Assembly: GCA_951406725.2 (NCBI GenBank)
Contig: OX597815.1
Location: 83,514,001-83,578,000 of the forward strand
From: Octopus vulgaris
Lineage: Eukaryota
DNA: 64,000 nucleotides
Direction: 5' to 3'
Positions 15,033-27,094 of this stretch are shown in pieces; the first letter of the stretch is position 1, and each line of letters starts with the position of its first letter. Position numbers and translations under genes: made by a program. Below the pieces are notes generated by a model. The model worked only from the letters and a program-made list of their open reading frames with translations. It was not told the DNA's origin and searched no databases.

Positions 15033-15350
15033 AAATTTAGAGGACTGATCACTAAAAGGGGACAGCCTCTATGCTAAACATAGGCGTCAAATCGCCATAT
15101 ACCACGAAGAATCTGTTCTCAAGAAAAGACTCAGCAAAACATCAAAATGTAAAAATAATCAAGACAAATGAAAATAATTTTCATTTGTTTTGCTTATCTT
15201 TACATTTTGGTGTTTTGCTGAGTTTTTTTCTTGAGAACAGATTCTTCGTGGTATATGCCGATTTGAGGTCCATGCTTAGCATATGCCGATTTGACGTCCA
15301 TGCTTAGCATATAGGCTGTCCCCTTTTAGTGGTCAGTCCTCTATATTTTA
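15031..15350. repeat. Fold-back palindrome (arms about 145 bp), probable inverted PLE pseudo-LTR
   Basis: 15031-15175 is the reverse complement of 15178-15350. The right arm has a tandem duplication of atatgccgatttga.gtccatgcttagc. It abuts (TA)n on the left and GIY-YIG coding sequence on the right. Confidence 0.85.
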
Positions 15351-15352
15351 TA

Positions 15353-15871
15353 TGTAAAACAATTTTGTTTGTAGAGGCCACGGCCCATGGAGAATTAGCC
15401 CGTAGATTTAGAAAAGCTCTGAAGGAGACCAAACTGAACATTAAAATTGTTGAAAAGCCAGGGAACTCCGTCAGATGAAAACTATGTAGGACGTACCACT
15501 TTGAGAAAAAACATATGCTCCAATGATAACTGCATGGTATGTAGGATTAGCCCTGCATTAACTGTAGAACTCGAAATGTAGTTTACAGCATAAGATGCAT
15601 AGAAAGTGCTTGTAAAAACATGACAATGACGTACATAGAGGAGACATCTTGGAGTATTGCGGAACGACTAAATGGACATCTGAGACAATATGACGACAAG
15701 AAACAGCCCTCTATACTCTACCAACATGCAAAAGACCACCTTGGAGGCAACTTGGGTCAACTTGACATCCGCATGTTATCCAAGCACCCAAAAGACCCAA
15801 CAATCAGGCAAATACGGGAGTACGTCCTTATAAATGAAACTTCCCCAATACTAAATAGGAAATATACATAG
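15353..15871 (+). pseudogene. Penelope-like element GIY-YIG endonuclease fragment
   Basis: Reads LFVEATAHGELARRFRKAL...IKIVEKPG, then C..C, then CRTRNVVYSIRC...C...TYIEETSWSIAERLNGH (YIGET.RS..ER..EH). Stops and frameshifts are present. Confidence 0.85.
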
Positions 15872-16410
15872 TAGATATCATACCTCCATGCCCACAGTTT
15901 ACACAGGTAGAGTAGAATAGTTAGTGGACTGTTATGTAGATAGATGTATGTATGTGTGTGTGTGTGGGTGTGAGTGTGTGTGTGTGTGGGTGTGAGTGTG
16001 TGTGTGTATCCACATGTATTTTTTTGTATGTAAGCATATGGATATGAAATTAAACAGATCAACATAAAGGCGGGTAGGCACATAGGTTATAAGAACAGAC
16101 AAGCATACATACACAAATGAAGACTAAAACACATGACCATATATACACACACACTTTACTCCACATAAGGACGCATATGGAGACACGGGTCCACACATAT
16201 AGAGATGCACATCCACACATACAACCATGTTACACAGTTGCAAGACACACACACATACGTAGAAAATACACAAACACGGACATGCAAGCACATGAATATA
16301 CAGAATACATACATGCAGATGCACACACATACATGCATATATACATATGCATACACATATATACATACACACATACATACATACATGGATACGTACCTGC
16401 ATGCATGCAT

Positions 16411-16445
<35 letters not shown>

Positions 16446-16616
16446 AACAAGAAAAGGAACGCAGTATAAATAACGAACAGAGTCAAGAATATTGAAAAGT
16501 TTGCAAGACGTAACGAAAATTTTAGGAAAATAAAAATAAGAAATAAGTGGATATTTTGCGGTGATTGTGTTACATTATAAGGCACAAAAAGAAAATGACT
16601 CTCCCCAGACACATCA

Positions 16617-16673
<57 letters not shown>

Positions 16674-16680
<7 letters not shown>

Positions 16681-17140
16681 ATATTTCGGAATGGTCATTT
16701 CGCCAGTTTTGCCAATAAAAACACACGCACTATATATTTGGTGTTATTCTGCTTCAGTGTTATTTACTTTTTACATTAATCTTAATCTTATTTCGGCCAG
16801 AGTTCTTTCGTCACATAAACATAGACGCACATAGAGATATAAGCATGCGCAAATGAAGGCATACAATAGAATTACAAAATGGCTGACGGTTAGTAAGGAG
16901 AGACACAAATTAGAAAGAAGAAGACAAAGGACCACTGATGCGGTCACAGGAGTGTGACGAAAGAACTCTGGCCGAAATAAGATTAAGATTAATGTAAAAA
17001 ATAAATAACACTGAAGCAAAATAACACCAAATATATAGTGCGTGCGTTTTTATTGGCTAAACTGGCAAAATGACCATTCCGAAATATAAAAATATCTGTT
17101 TCAACACACGACTTCACATAAAAAATCTTGCACAACAAAT
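16674..17140 (+). mobile_element. Hammerhead-bearing element with an inverted partial copy, in (TA)n
   Basis: 16674-16815 is the reverse complement of 16953-17095. HHR at 16930-16973, TA tracts on both sides. Confidence 0.85.
16930..16973 (+). ncRNA. Type I hammerhead ribozyme variant (CUGAUGc)
   Basis: gacca-CTGATGC-g gtcac aggagt gtgac-GAAA-gaac-TC-tggcc. Confidence 0.75.
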
Positions 17141-17151
17141 ATATAAACGTA

Positions 17152-17208
<57 letters not shown>

Positions 17209-17210
<2 letters not shown>

Positions 17211-17495
17211 ATATGTTACATTACTCGGTAGTCAAGATAAAACTCTGAGTTTCAGATGCCGAAGTGGAAATCCACAACACCATCTCTTCGGTTATCTGGC
17301 TATTTGAAAACGTTTTTGAGAACGTTTTCAAATAGCCAGATAACCGAAGAGATGGTGTTGTGGATTTCCACTTCGGCATCTGAAACTCAGAGTTTTATCT
17401 TGACTACCGAGTAATGTAACATATTGTATAGATAAATTTCCTCTATTTACATAATATTGAGGTCTCTTTCTTTCTCTTGTTATCTTACCGTTTTA

Positions 17496-17499
<4 letters not shown>
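17209..17499. mobile_element. Perfect 106-bp-arm palindrome plus about 70 bp extension, in (TA)n
   Basis: 17209-17314 is the exact reverse complement of 17321-17426, with a 6-nt spacer. Confidence 0.85.
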
Positions 17500-17525
<26 letters not shown>

Positions 17526-17535
<10 letters not shown>

Positions 17536-17980
17536 GGGTACGCCGGCTTATAAGGTTACCCTGTGTTTCTCGCTCATAAGGGTTTTAGCCTTGTGGCGTA
17601 TCTTCGAAACCCAAACACTGTTAGCCTTAGATCTCTTTAAATTAGGGAGGGTTTTTGACAGTGACCTCTTTAAAATATGAAGAGTTTTGCACAGTAGCCA
17701 CTTGGTTTCTGTTAAATAGCTGACCAGCATAGCGCTTCTACATAGTTTACAGAAGCCATAGGTTTCCCATAAATATGGAACGATTTAACCTCTACTTAAA
17801 AGTTTTCCCCCTCTATATTTTAAAGAGGTCTCAGGCCAACAGTGTTTGGGTCCTGGAGATACGCCGTAAGGCTAAACCTATAATGAGCAAGAAACCCACG
17901 TTAACCCCATAAATAGACCTACCCCATTATAATATTAACTGTTCTATACCTTAGAGTACTTACAGCTATGAACACAAACA
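17526..17980. mobile_element. Diverged inverted-repeat element in (TA)n (arms about 125 bp)
   Basis: 17526-17651 aligns with the reverse complement of 17808-17934 (e.g. cccaaacactgtt/aacagtgtttggg, ttagcctt/aaggctaa). Confidence 0.75.
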
Positions 17981-18016
17981 TATATATCGTATATATATAT
18001 ATATATATATATATAT

Positions 18017-18270
18017 AAGTTCAGCAAAATTTAGATTCAAATGAATATGGTACTTAAGTCAGATGCACCAGAATTTTGTACGGTGTTATCCATATAAATC
18101 CATGGGGTGATTATAATCAAAGTAAGCAACAAGAATATCTTCGGTAATTTGGTACGATCGTTTCACGCTACATCATTTTATTAAACATTGTATTTCATCA
18201 GTTTTAAAATGTTGAGCAATCATCAGCCATTCATAGAGGTTTTCCATCAATACATATACTTATTTCCAGT
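18017..18270 (-). mobile_element. Solo hammerhead-bearing element between (TA)n tracts
   Basis: About 250 bp of non-repetitive sequence bounded by TA repeats and containing an HHR. Confidence 0.7.
18150..18229 (-). ncRNA. Type I hammerhead with extended stem II
   Basis: Reverse complement reads tgg-CTGATGA-ttgct caacatttta...taaaatgatgt agcgt-GAAA-cgatcg-TA-cca: palindromic stem III, GUA triplet. Confidence 0.8.
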
Positions 18271-18295
18271 ATATATATATATATGTATGTATGTA

Positions 18296-18334
<39 letters not shown>

Positions 18335-18704
18335 TGATGTGTTAAGAGTTATGATTCTACATAACAAATGTCATACTAATAAAATTTTATGTGAATTCTG
18401 TGAAACTTATCTTTTCTTGCTTGGCATATTGCCGCGTGCAATCCAGTCTGGGTTTGAGTATATTCGAAGTTATCTTCTCTACTTCTGTCTCACAATATCC
18501 TTAAGCACTGTAGTTAATGTGATCGACTCGTCCCTTTCCCAAATTTCACATGTTATGCCCAGGGCAGAAACAATTATTTGTAGTACAAGCAGTAATACCT
18601 CTATTAGGGCGGTTTTCTGTAAGTGTATAAAACCCTTTGTTCTAAATCAATGTCAGCTTTCTTCATTACACTATGAATCTTTACGATCACTTTTTTTTCT
18701 GTGA

Positions 18705-19560
18705 AAAATACATAAATTAACGTAAACAATATTTTGTATCTTTTACTGGTTTCAGCCCAGGGGTGAGGTCCTGATGGTACACCACCTGTAGTTACTCGGT
18801 GTTGTTTCCGGTATAGTTTTCGGTGAAGTAGCGAGTTGGACGGAGCTGCTCTTCTTTGCGTCTCCTGTCGCGATGTAGGCTCACCTGGCATCTCAGATAG
18901 AAACCCATCCAGACAGTCGTTGAAAGCTTCCGTTGAATACCATGTAGATCTCTAAGGTTGCCTGGCAGGTTGGGGAACAATTGCAAGCCCTTGAAACCCA
19001 GACTATTGCAGTACTGTGTCCTTATTTTAGATGGGGAGGACGGGATCTTTGGTACGATGCAGTGCCGTCCAGTTCGCGGATTGCTAGAGGTGTCAATTCC
19101 AAAATTGATAGCTAAACTCTCCATGATCTTCCAAATGTACATTACTGCATATCTCTCTCGTCTTCTCTCTAGGTAAGAGAGTCTCAGCTCCTTTAGCCTC
19201 TTCCAGTAGCCCATTTTCTGCATCGAGTCATCGAGTCAATCTTCTTTGTGTATTGGCGTTGGATTTCTTCGAGTTCTACAGTTTTTTTCACATTCTCTGG
19301 AGACCATAGTTGGGAGCAGTAGTCCAAGCCGCTGAGAACGAAATTCCTCCATAGGAGTTGCAAGGCTTCCCTTTTCCTGATTCTGAACGTCCTCAGAATC
19401 CATCCAGCTATTCGTCTGCACAGTGTTGCCATCTTGGTAATATGCACATGGAATGTTGCATCATTGCTCATGTGAACCGACTCTGACTCTGGGATCATAT
19501 TACCTTCCGGTCCAGTGTAAGGTTTTATAGATTTTTCTTTATTCTCCTTCAAATGCTTCG
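18705..19560 (-). mobile_element. CR1/L2-group LINE, 3' fragment
   Basis: Reads GWILRTF...LDYCSQLWSP...LEEIQRQYTKKI...YWKRLKELRLSYLERRRER, with frameshifts. Confidence 0.85.
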
Positions 19561-20653
19561 ATAATAACATTACTTATATCAAAATAACAGTATCACATTT
19601 TAAAATTCCGCAGAAATTAAATATGCACAGGAATTAAATATGCCTATCCTACTTTACCATAAATTACATATTATCAGAAAATATTCTGAAAGAAAAAAAT
19701 AGTGATGTAAGAGAAGTGAAAAATGCTCCTTTTTAACTGTTAAGATTCACTCAGTATTTACTTCTTAAGATCTCATAATGTTCCATTTTTTCCCCCACTA
19801 AAGCGACTAATGATTATTCTATAGAAAGAGAAAAGTATTATCTGCCTATTTTTCTGTGTTATACACCTGCTTCCATTTTCCCCTAATGTAAGGGAATCGA
19901 TAATTCTGCACCGAATTACCTTTGGAAAGACGTTCAGCAAAGCTAATTTTTCCAAGAATGTTTCTCGTCACCATTTAATGTTCACTTCAAGCAATATCTG
20001 TCCTCTTACTCATCAACGTTTCTGATTAAAATGGAGGCTACAAACGTCACAAATTTGAATTTCATTTTCATTTCCCTGATATATAAAATCACACTTGCAT
20101 TCATATACAGTTTACAGTTACTGGATAGCGGTCACACTGCAGCACCTTGTATAATTTCACCTGTCGCTTTTCTATGATGATTGAGTTATCAATCGCTACT
20201 CACTGCAGTAACGTAAATGTGTTTGCTACAATATAAACATACCCTAAAGCAAAAACACACGCACACATTTGAGTGTTTACTTGTGCATGTATGTGGGTGA
20301 ATGAGTGTGTGTGTGTTAACATATACGTATATATGTATCTCTCTCTATATATATATACATATATGTATCAATACATACTCGTAAATTCATGCATACATGC
20401 ATACACACGTACACACATATATAAATATGCTCGAAACGCGGAGTAGATAAAACACGGGACAACTTATGAAGGGAATGTTCTTTATATTGCATGTCTCGTT
20501 TCTCTGATTGTTTGTTTCTTTCGAACAAAAGTTCATTTTCTATGTTTTTGTTTTTTATGCTCTCGTTTGTCATTTTGTTTTGGATTTTTTTTAATGTCCT
20601 GTACCCACGTATACATGTATATATACATATATATGTAGGTATGTACATATATG

Positions 20654-20762
<109 letters not shown>

Positions 20763-20844
20763 TTAAAAAGACAAAAGATGAAGACGGGAGTGTAAACAAC
20801 AAACAGATGCATTAGTTTAACGCTCGTGAAATATATATATATAT

Positions 20845-23800
20845 GTCTTGCAAACAACTTCAACATGCAAGTGCTACCAGTTGAAAGCTCCGTATACCCG
20901 TATACCGGAAGCTAGTAAGTGTATGGGGTCATCAAGAGAGAATGCGCGCCGTTTCGGGGCCTACCTCTCGACGGCATCAATGCGCACCGGGCCCCCTCAC
21001 TGATATGAGGCCCCGCTTGCTAGATCAGCTGGTTATGAAGAACTCAATATACTTCTAGCCATCGCTCATCGTCTCTTTTTAACCAAATCCACTGGCTAGA
21101 CTTCTCCACTGTAGATTGGATATCAGTCATGGTGGTATTGACTTTACGATGAGTTAGGCCTAGCGATAACAACAGTCGTCTCACGCTGTGTCCAACAAAC
21201 ACTCAACATCCGACTTCGATAGGAAAATGTTCCGCTTTTCAGCCTGCGTCTTCACGTTCCACGAGGAGGTTTTCATAATGGTTCAATTTTCGAGCCCGAG
21301 CGGCGTCCATATTGTCTTCACGAGGAACCGTTAGCTCGACTATATTTACAACTCTCTTTCTTTCACACCACATCAAAATATGTGGTCTTTTCGTAACTGG
21401 GATACGAAAGAAAACCTGGCACCCAGGTAAATCTGCAGTTACCTCCCAATAGCCGTTCCACTTTTCATTTTTCTCAGGAAGTTTCTTGATCTTCTTCTTG
21501 AAACGGATTCGCTGACCTGGTCGCACGAAGGCAATGAAATCTCTTGATGGTACTTTCAACGGTTTTTCCTCAGTGTTGTTGAGATTAATTTGGTTCTTTA
21601 TAGCATTGAAGATAACCTTAAGGACCAAGTTGTGCCTCCATGTATACCTGTTCAATGCTAATGAACAGTTGGAAAGAATATGTTTTAGTGTACCGTCCTT
21701 TCCAAATTTGCAGATGTCATTCTCTAAGACGTTCCATCTTACTAGATTCGTAGGTGATGGCAAAACATCATAAGATGAACGAATCAGGAAACTCAGCCGA
21801 GATGTCGTCCACTTCCACATCTCATCCCAACTTATCTTCTTCTCAACAACATGTTCTTCCCATCTCGTCATCTGACCTTGATGAACACATCGGATCAAAT
21901 AAAGCTCTCTTCTCTCTGCTTCTCTTGTTTTGACGCTGTTGCTAACAACAGATCTGCGTTCACTCCGCATCATGCTTGCAAACGGTCTGAACTGATCTGC
22001 GCCAAAACCAAGTCCTTTCCGATGGTTCTGCGTTGCTCCCACCATATCTCTGTGTAGAAGAGAAGACAAGATGTCATCAGTTTCTGCTTCTGCTTACTAC
22101 TTCCTGGCTGTTTTCACCTCTGGTGGGTTACGCCTGATTTCCATATCCTTCGATTCTCTCAGCATCATGACTATCCGTATCTTCCCCAGCTTATATATTT
22201 CGACTATTGATGCTATTGGTAGCTGCAACGAACCTCTTTTACGATAAAGAGCTGAGCTGTTCAACATACGAGGTAGGCCTAGCCACTTTCTAATGAACAC
22301 ATTACATTTTTGTTCAATGCTTTCCACTCGTGACAATGCTACTTCGTTTATTAAAAGTGGCCACGCAAGTCGCGGGTACAAGCCGAACTGCAAGCACCAA
22401 ATTTTATATTTACCTGGTAACTTCGAATTATCAATCGCCGATAACCCAGCCTCGGCCTGTTTCATAATTTCAATCCTACGACTTCTGTCTGACAATGTTC
22501 CAGCGTATACTCGTCCCAAGCTCTTGACGGTCTCTTCCTTGACTGTTGGAATGCTTTCTTCAGATATTCGGAACTTAAATTCTTTCTGCACTCCCTTAAC
22601 AAATGTCAGACTACGCGACTTTTTTGCTCTAACTCGCATCCTTGACCACCTTACAAGTTCGTCTAATCTCAAGAGGGCATTCTGCATGATTTGTTTATCT
22701 GTAGCTAGAAGTGTCACGTCATCCATGAAGGCTTTCTTAGGCGATTGTACATGGGCGATTTGTTCCGAAAAATCTACACCTTTCGAAATCAATTCCATGA
22801 CTAAGATAAACCACGTGAAAGATATTGTACAGCTAGCAGCAATGCCAACCTCCAATCGGTGCCAATATGTTGTAAAATTTCCAGTTGTAAACTGTCATAG
22901 TACATCCTCATTATTTTGATCACTTTGTCAGGAATGTGGAAGTGGTCCATGTCTGTTATTAGTAATTCGTGTGACACTGAACCATACGCGTTAGCTAGGT
23001 CGAGCCATACCACGTTCAGACTTTTTTGTTCTGTTTGGCGTCCTTGATCGCTTTCCAAATCGAAAAACAGTGTTCAACGCATCCAGGGATCCCGAGGATT
23101 CCGGCCTTTTGAACAGATTCATCAACATATCCGTTACTCTGTAAATATGTCACTGTTCTCCTCGACAGAATTCCCATAAAGATCTTGCCTTCCACATTCA
23201 ATAAGGATATCGGCCTAAACCGTTTTATGGTCTTTGCATTGGCCTCCTTCGGCAGGTATATACCTTCTGCCTTACACCAATTCTCTACTATAGTCTCCTC
23301 GCGCCACAGTTGTCGGAGTAGGACGAAGAGCTTCTTTCGCAGACGATTGCAGTACTTGTAGACTTTATATGAGACGTCATCACCTCCTGGGGCACTCTTT
23401 GCTCTAGCTTTTCTTACGAAGTCATTCACCTCTCTTTGCCTGATGTCCCCAATCTGGAATTCGATATCAGGTCCTGCGAGATGATTTAGCCCATGTAGAG
23501 GTGGCAGCGGCTGGTTACGGTGCGGATCGCTGTAGGTTTCCTTGATATGAGCATCCAATTCTTCTTTAGTGCACGATAAAGTACCACTCTTCGGTTCAGT
23601 GAACAGCTTCTTAGTAAACCCGTACGGGTCCTTCAGAAACTGCCCCCGAGTCCTTTTACTCTTCTTTCGACGTTCATATCGGCGGATATGTCATTGCACA
23701 TAACGACATTTCCTCTTCAAATCGTTATACAGCAGCGCAAGGCCAGGTTTCTCATCTAGTGCAGCACATCTCCATCGCTTTCTTAAGTCGGACTTTTCCT

Positions 23801-24169
23801 TCCTCAACTGCTGCATTTTTCTGATCCTCCTGCTTGGTCCACACTTTCCTTTCTCTAGTCGGATATTCTCTTTTATTCTAAATAAATCTTTTCCTATATC
23901 GTATATTGAACTTGATAATTTACCCACTTTCTCCACTGTAGAGCCTGTCATTTTATAAAGAGCCCGACAAACCTTGTTTTCAAACTCTTTATATTTCACT
24001 TTCTCATTAGGCCACAAAACCCTCGGTTTCCTCTGAGTATTATCCGATGCACCAGTTTCATGACTTGTAGTTTCATCACGTGAAGAAGTCTCTGCTGTAG
24101 CATTTATCGATCCACTGTAGTTTGAGTCCGGGGATGATTTGCCACGTGTTTTACGATTTCATGATCCAC
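20845..24169 (-). mobile_element. HERO-like RLE non-LTR retrotransposon, 5'-truncated and frameshifted
   Basis: RT motifs (KSAPGGD, FRPISLLNVEGKI, WLDLANAYGSV, KAFMDDVT), CCHC region (TLKHILSNC...RYTWRHNLVL) and RLE (KRPHILMW...VELTVPRED...K..Y), across ORFs 23691-24017, 23016-23558, 22801-23058, 22097-22855 and 21239-22069. TA repeats at both ends. Confidence 0.9.
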
Positions 24170-24180
24170 TATATATATAT

Positions 24181-24690
24181 AGTGAGAATTTAAAAAGACA
24201 AGACGAAGACGGGTGTTTAAACAACAAACAGATGCATTAGATTAACGCTTGTGAAATGTGAAACTCTTTTACGTTTCGAGTCTATGCTCTTCGACAGAAA
24301 AGAACACGAAAATAAACAGGCAGAGAAAATAGAAAAGGTTTAGTGGCCAGTGATCTATCATGGCCAATGCCAGACAGATGAGTCACACAGGAAATCTAGG
24401 AAGAAGGGGAGATAATAAAGTAGTGGTGATCCCAACACTAGGTGCACGTGCGTGTGTATGTGAGAGCATGTATGTTTGTGAGGAAAAGGGCTGGCGACAT
24501 TGACTTGAGCGTGTGTGCATGTGAAGGTGTGTGGATGATGGTGTAGATGCTGGGAAGTGGTCGGTGCAAGTGTGTGCAGGGTGGTGCGTGCTGTGGTGGT
24601 GTCTGGTATGGCGGTGAATGATTTGGAGGTTTGGTGGTGTGTGATTATGTGTGGTTTTGCTGGGGTGTGGGGAAGGCGGGAGTATATATA
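24181..24690 (-). mobile_element. Hammerhead-bearing PLE pseudo-LTR-like element between (TA)n tracts
   Basis: Contains an HHR, and its terminal 70 bp or so is repeated at 20763-20832. Confidence 0.7.
24265..24303 (-). ncRNA. Minimal type I hammerhead variant (CUGUCGA)
   Basis: Reverse complement reads tctttt-CTGTCGA-a gag cataga ctc-GAAA-cg-TA-aaaga. Confidence 0.65.
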
Positions 24691-24855
24691 TAGGCATTGG
24701 TGTGCACCAAAACGTGTGCAAAATTTTACATAACTTTATTATCAACAAATATACTTCGTTCAAATTGTACGTGTCGGGATTAACACTTCCTCTATATTAG
24801 TTTCAATTCTAAATAATAGCACCTCCTCTGCATTACTAACACTTCCTTTACACTA

Positions 24856-25076
24856 GTTTCAAATTTTGGCACAAAGCGAATAATATATATTTTTTTAGAG
24901 GAGGGATAAATCGATTACATTTACCCCAGTGCTCAACTAATACTTATTTTATCGACCCCGAAAAGATGAAAGGCAAAGTTGACCTCGGCGGAATTTGAAC
25001 TCAGAACTTAAAAAAAGACAAAATATTACTAAGTATTTTGCCCGGCGTGGTGACTATTCTTACAGTGTATCGCCTC
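24856..25076 (-). mobile_element. SINE, second family
   Basis: tacttattttatcgaccccgaaaagatgaaaggcaaagttgacctcggcggaatttgaactcag; the - strand has a B-box-like gagttcaaatt. Flanked by repeats of acacttcct.ta.a.ta. Decayed relatives lie near 28700, 32220, 41600 and 41820. Confidence 0.8.
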
Positions 25077-25129
25077 ACACTTCCTCTATATTAACGTCAC
25101 TTTCAAGAGCACGATTTTTCTCCCAATTG

Positions 25130-25620
25130 TTATTCTGCAGTATTTTTTTAGAGTAGATTCATTCACCCAGAGCATATTTGCCACAGTTATCCCCCATGGT
25201 GCAACTGCACCAAGGAGAGTAATTCCCACTGCTTCCTCACTCTCCTTTCCAAAGTAGTCAATGCGGGCTTGAATGAAAAGGACAATCTCTCCTCGATCCT
25301 TTCAGTCACGTCCATCACACTACATTATTCAATATAACTCCTAAACACAGAAACACCGCCTGCCTTTCCTCATCAAAAGCAGTCGGTGGAATGATATTCA
25401 CGATGGTCGGATTCATCCTCTATGCGATATAACTCCACAAATCAGAAATACTTGGAAATTGTGCGAATGCAAGCGGTGCGGTTGCGTCGCTTTCAGCACA
25501 TCTCGGACATTCCCATCTTGGTGGTACAACAGTACCTGTTGAGCTCCTTGGTTACGCTGCCAAGCCAGGAAGTGTTTTCAGGATGTGTTCCTTGGTAGTC
25601 ACTGGCCCGAATATCATCCA
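25130..25620 (-). mobile_element. Tx1/L1-like LINE C-terminal zinc-binding fragment
   Basis: The - strand reads ECPRCAESDATAPLAFAQFPSISDLWSYI, a decayed CPRC...ET..HA...CP....LW motif. Confidence 0.55.
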
Positions 25621-26109
25621 AAATAGAGCAGCTAACTAAAATTACATATAATTTAATTTTGCAACACATTTAAAATTCCTAGCGTTATCTGCCTACACAC
25701 GGATGTTAGTACATTGCTTGAGTTTACCCGGAACAGCCCACAGCACTGCCATTTTAACATTTCTCGTTTCGAGTTCTGATGCACTCAAAGTCACCGGTGT
25801 GTAGTTAGGGGTTAGGCGAGTCAGGATTATCCCAACCGAACTGAGGCCTTTTATTTTAATGTATTCAAAACACGTGTTGAGTTACTCGCAACGACTCCGG
25901 CATTCACTTTGATAGGCTTTGATAGGCTTTCGAAATAAACACATCAGATTGTTCATTTACAAAGTCAAGTTATGTAAAAGAAGAACAAGCAAAGAAAAAC
26001 AAGAAGGGAAAAAATTACATGGGTCCCACAGCGACAATGCTCTTTTCAATACGTGCAATTTTGTATTATAATGAATTATTATAATTATCATTATCATTAT
26101 TATTTTATT

Positions 26110-26920
26110 TTTATCACAGATTTTGTTGGAGCTCCTGGAGTCTTGTATGCGTAGCAGGCTTACTACTTGCAGCCTACTGTACCGTGCTATTCGTTCTTTT
26201 CAGCTTTCGAATACTTTCCGGATTATTGTGGTCGTGCCAAGGAGGCAAAACTCTTGTAATAGTTCTACTGGGTGCTTTACTTCAATTTCCTTTATATTCC
26301 TCTTCATACCTTCTGATACTATTTCCGAGGACCCAACAATAATTGCCACTATCTTTTCCTTCTTCATTTTCAACAACCGGACTATTTCGTACTTAAGAGT
26401 GTTGTATCTATCTATTTTTTCGCCTTCCTTCTTGACTATTCATGGGTCAGAGGGGCATGCAACATCAGCTATATAGCATATGTGGTGCACCTTGTCCACT
26501 ACCACTAGGTCCGGTCGGTTATGCTGTAGCACCTGTTCTGTTTGTATTGGGAAATCTCTGATGATTTTGTTGATCTCCGACTCGTTCACTCTTCGCGGTT
26601 TCTGCTCATACGACGTCTTGCCTCTCTCTGGCCCCGCACTTTTTGCACAGTATACAATGCAGCACTTTCGCTACCTGGTCGTGTTGCAACAAATTGTACT
26701 GGCTTGGGGCAAGTCTCGGGCATTCGTTCGTGATAGGAGCAATGGTTTCGTCCATTCTATTGCGAAAGATTGGTCCTGCGCTGCCAGTGTAGAGCTCTCG
26801 GTTTCTTTTTTTAAGGTTCCTTTCATCAGCAACTTCTGTTGTGGCTACATGGAACTGATTGTATGGTCTCCATTAGCTCCTCCTCTGTACACTTCAGGAT
26901 TCCATCACCATATCTAACAA
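26110..26920 (-). mobile_element. R4/Dong-like RLE LINE 3' fragment
   Basis: The - strand reads KETESSTLAAQDQ, QHDQVAKVLH, DFPIQTEQVLQHNRPDLVVVDK...IADVACPSD...EKIDRYNTLKYEI. It ends in a (TAA)-type tract. Confidence 0.88.
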
Positions 26921-27094
26921 CTGCGACTGCGCTCCTGTTGTTGTTTTGGTGGTTGATTTGACTGTCGTTATCATATCCGTACTTTTTTTGATAATGACAC
27001 TTTCTTGCAACCACCAGGCAGAATCAAAGCATTTCATTTAGTTTATTTCTTCGCATGAACGTAACAGTATCCTTTAAAATATATGAAATATATA

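Noticed and set aside
20428-20610. Segment with ctcGAAAcgcg and CTTATGA between TA-rich tracts
   Set aside because: Probably a repeat fragment, but I could not build a consistent hammerhead fold.
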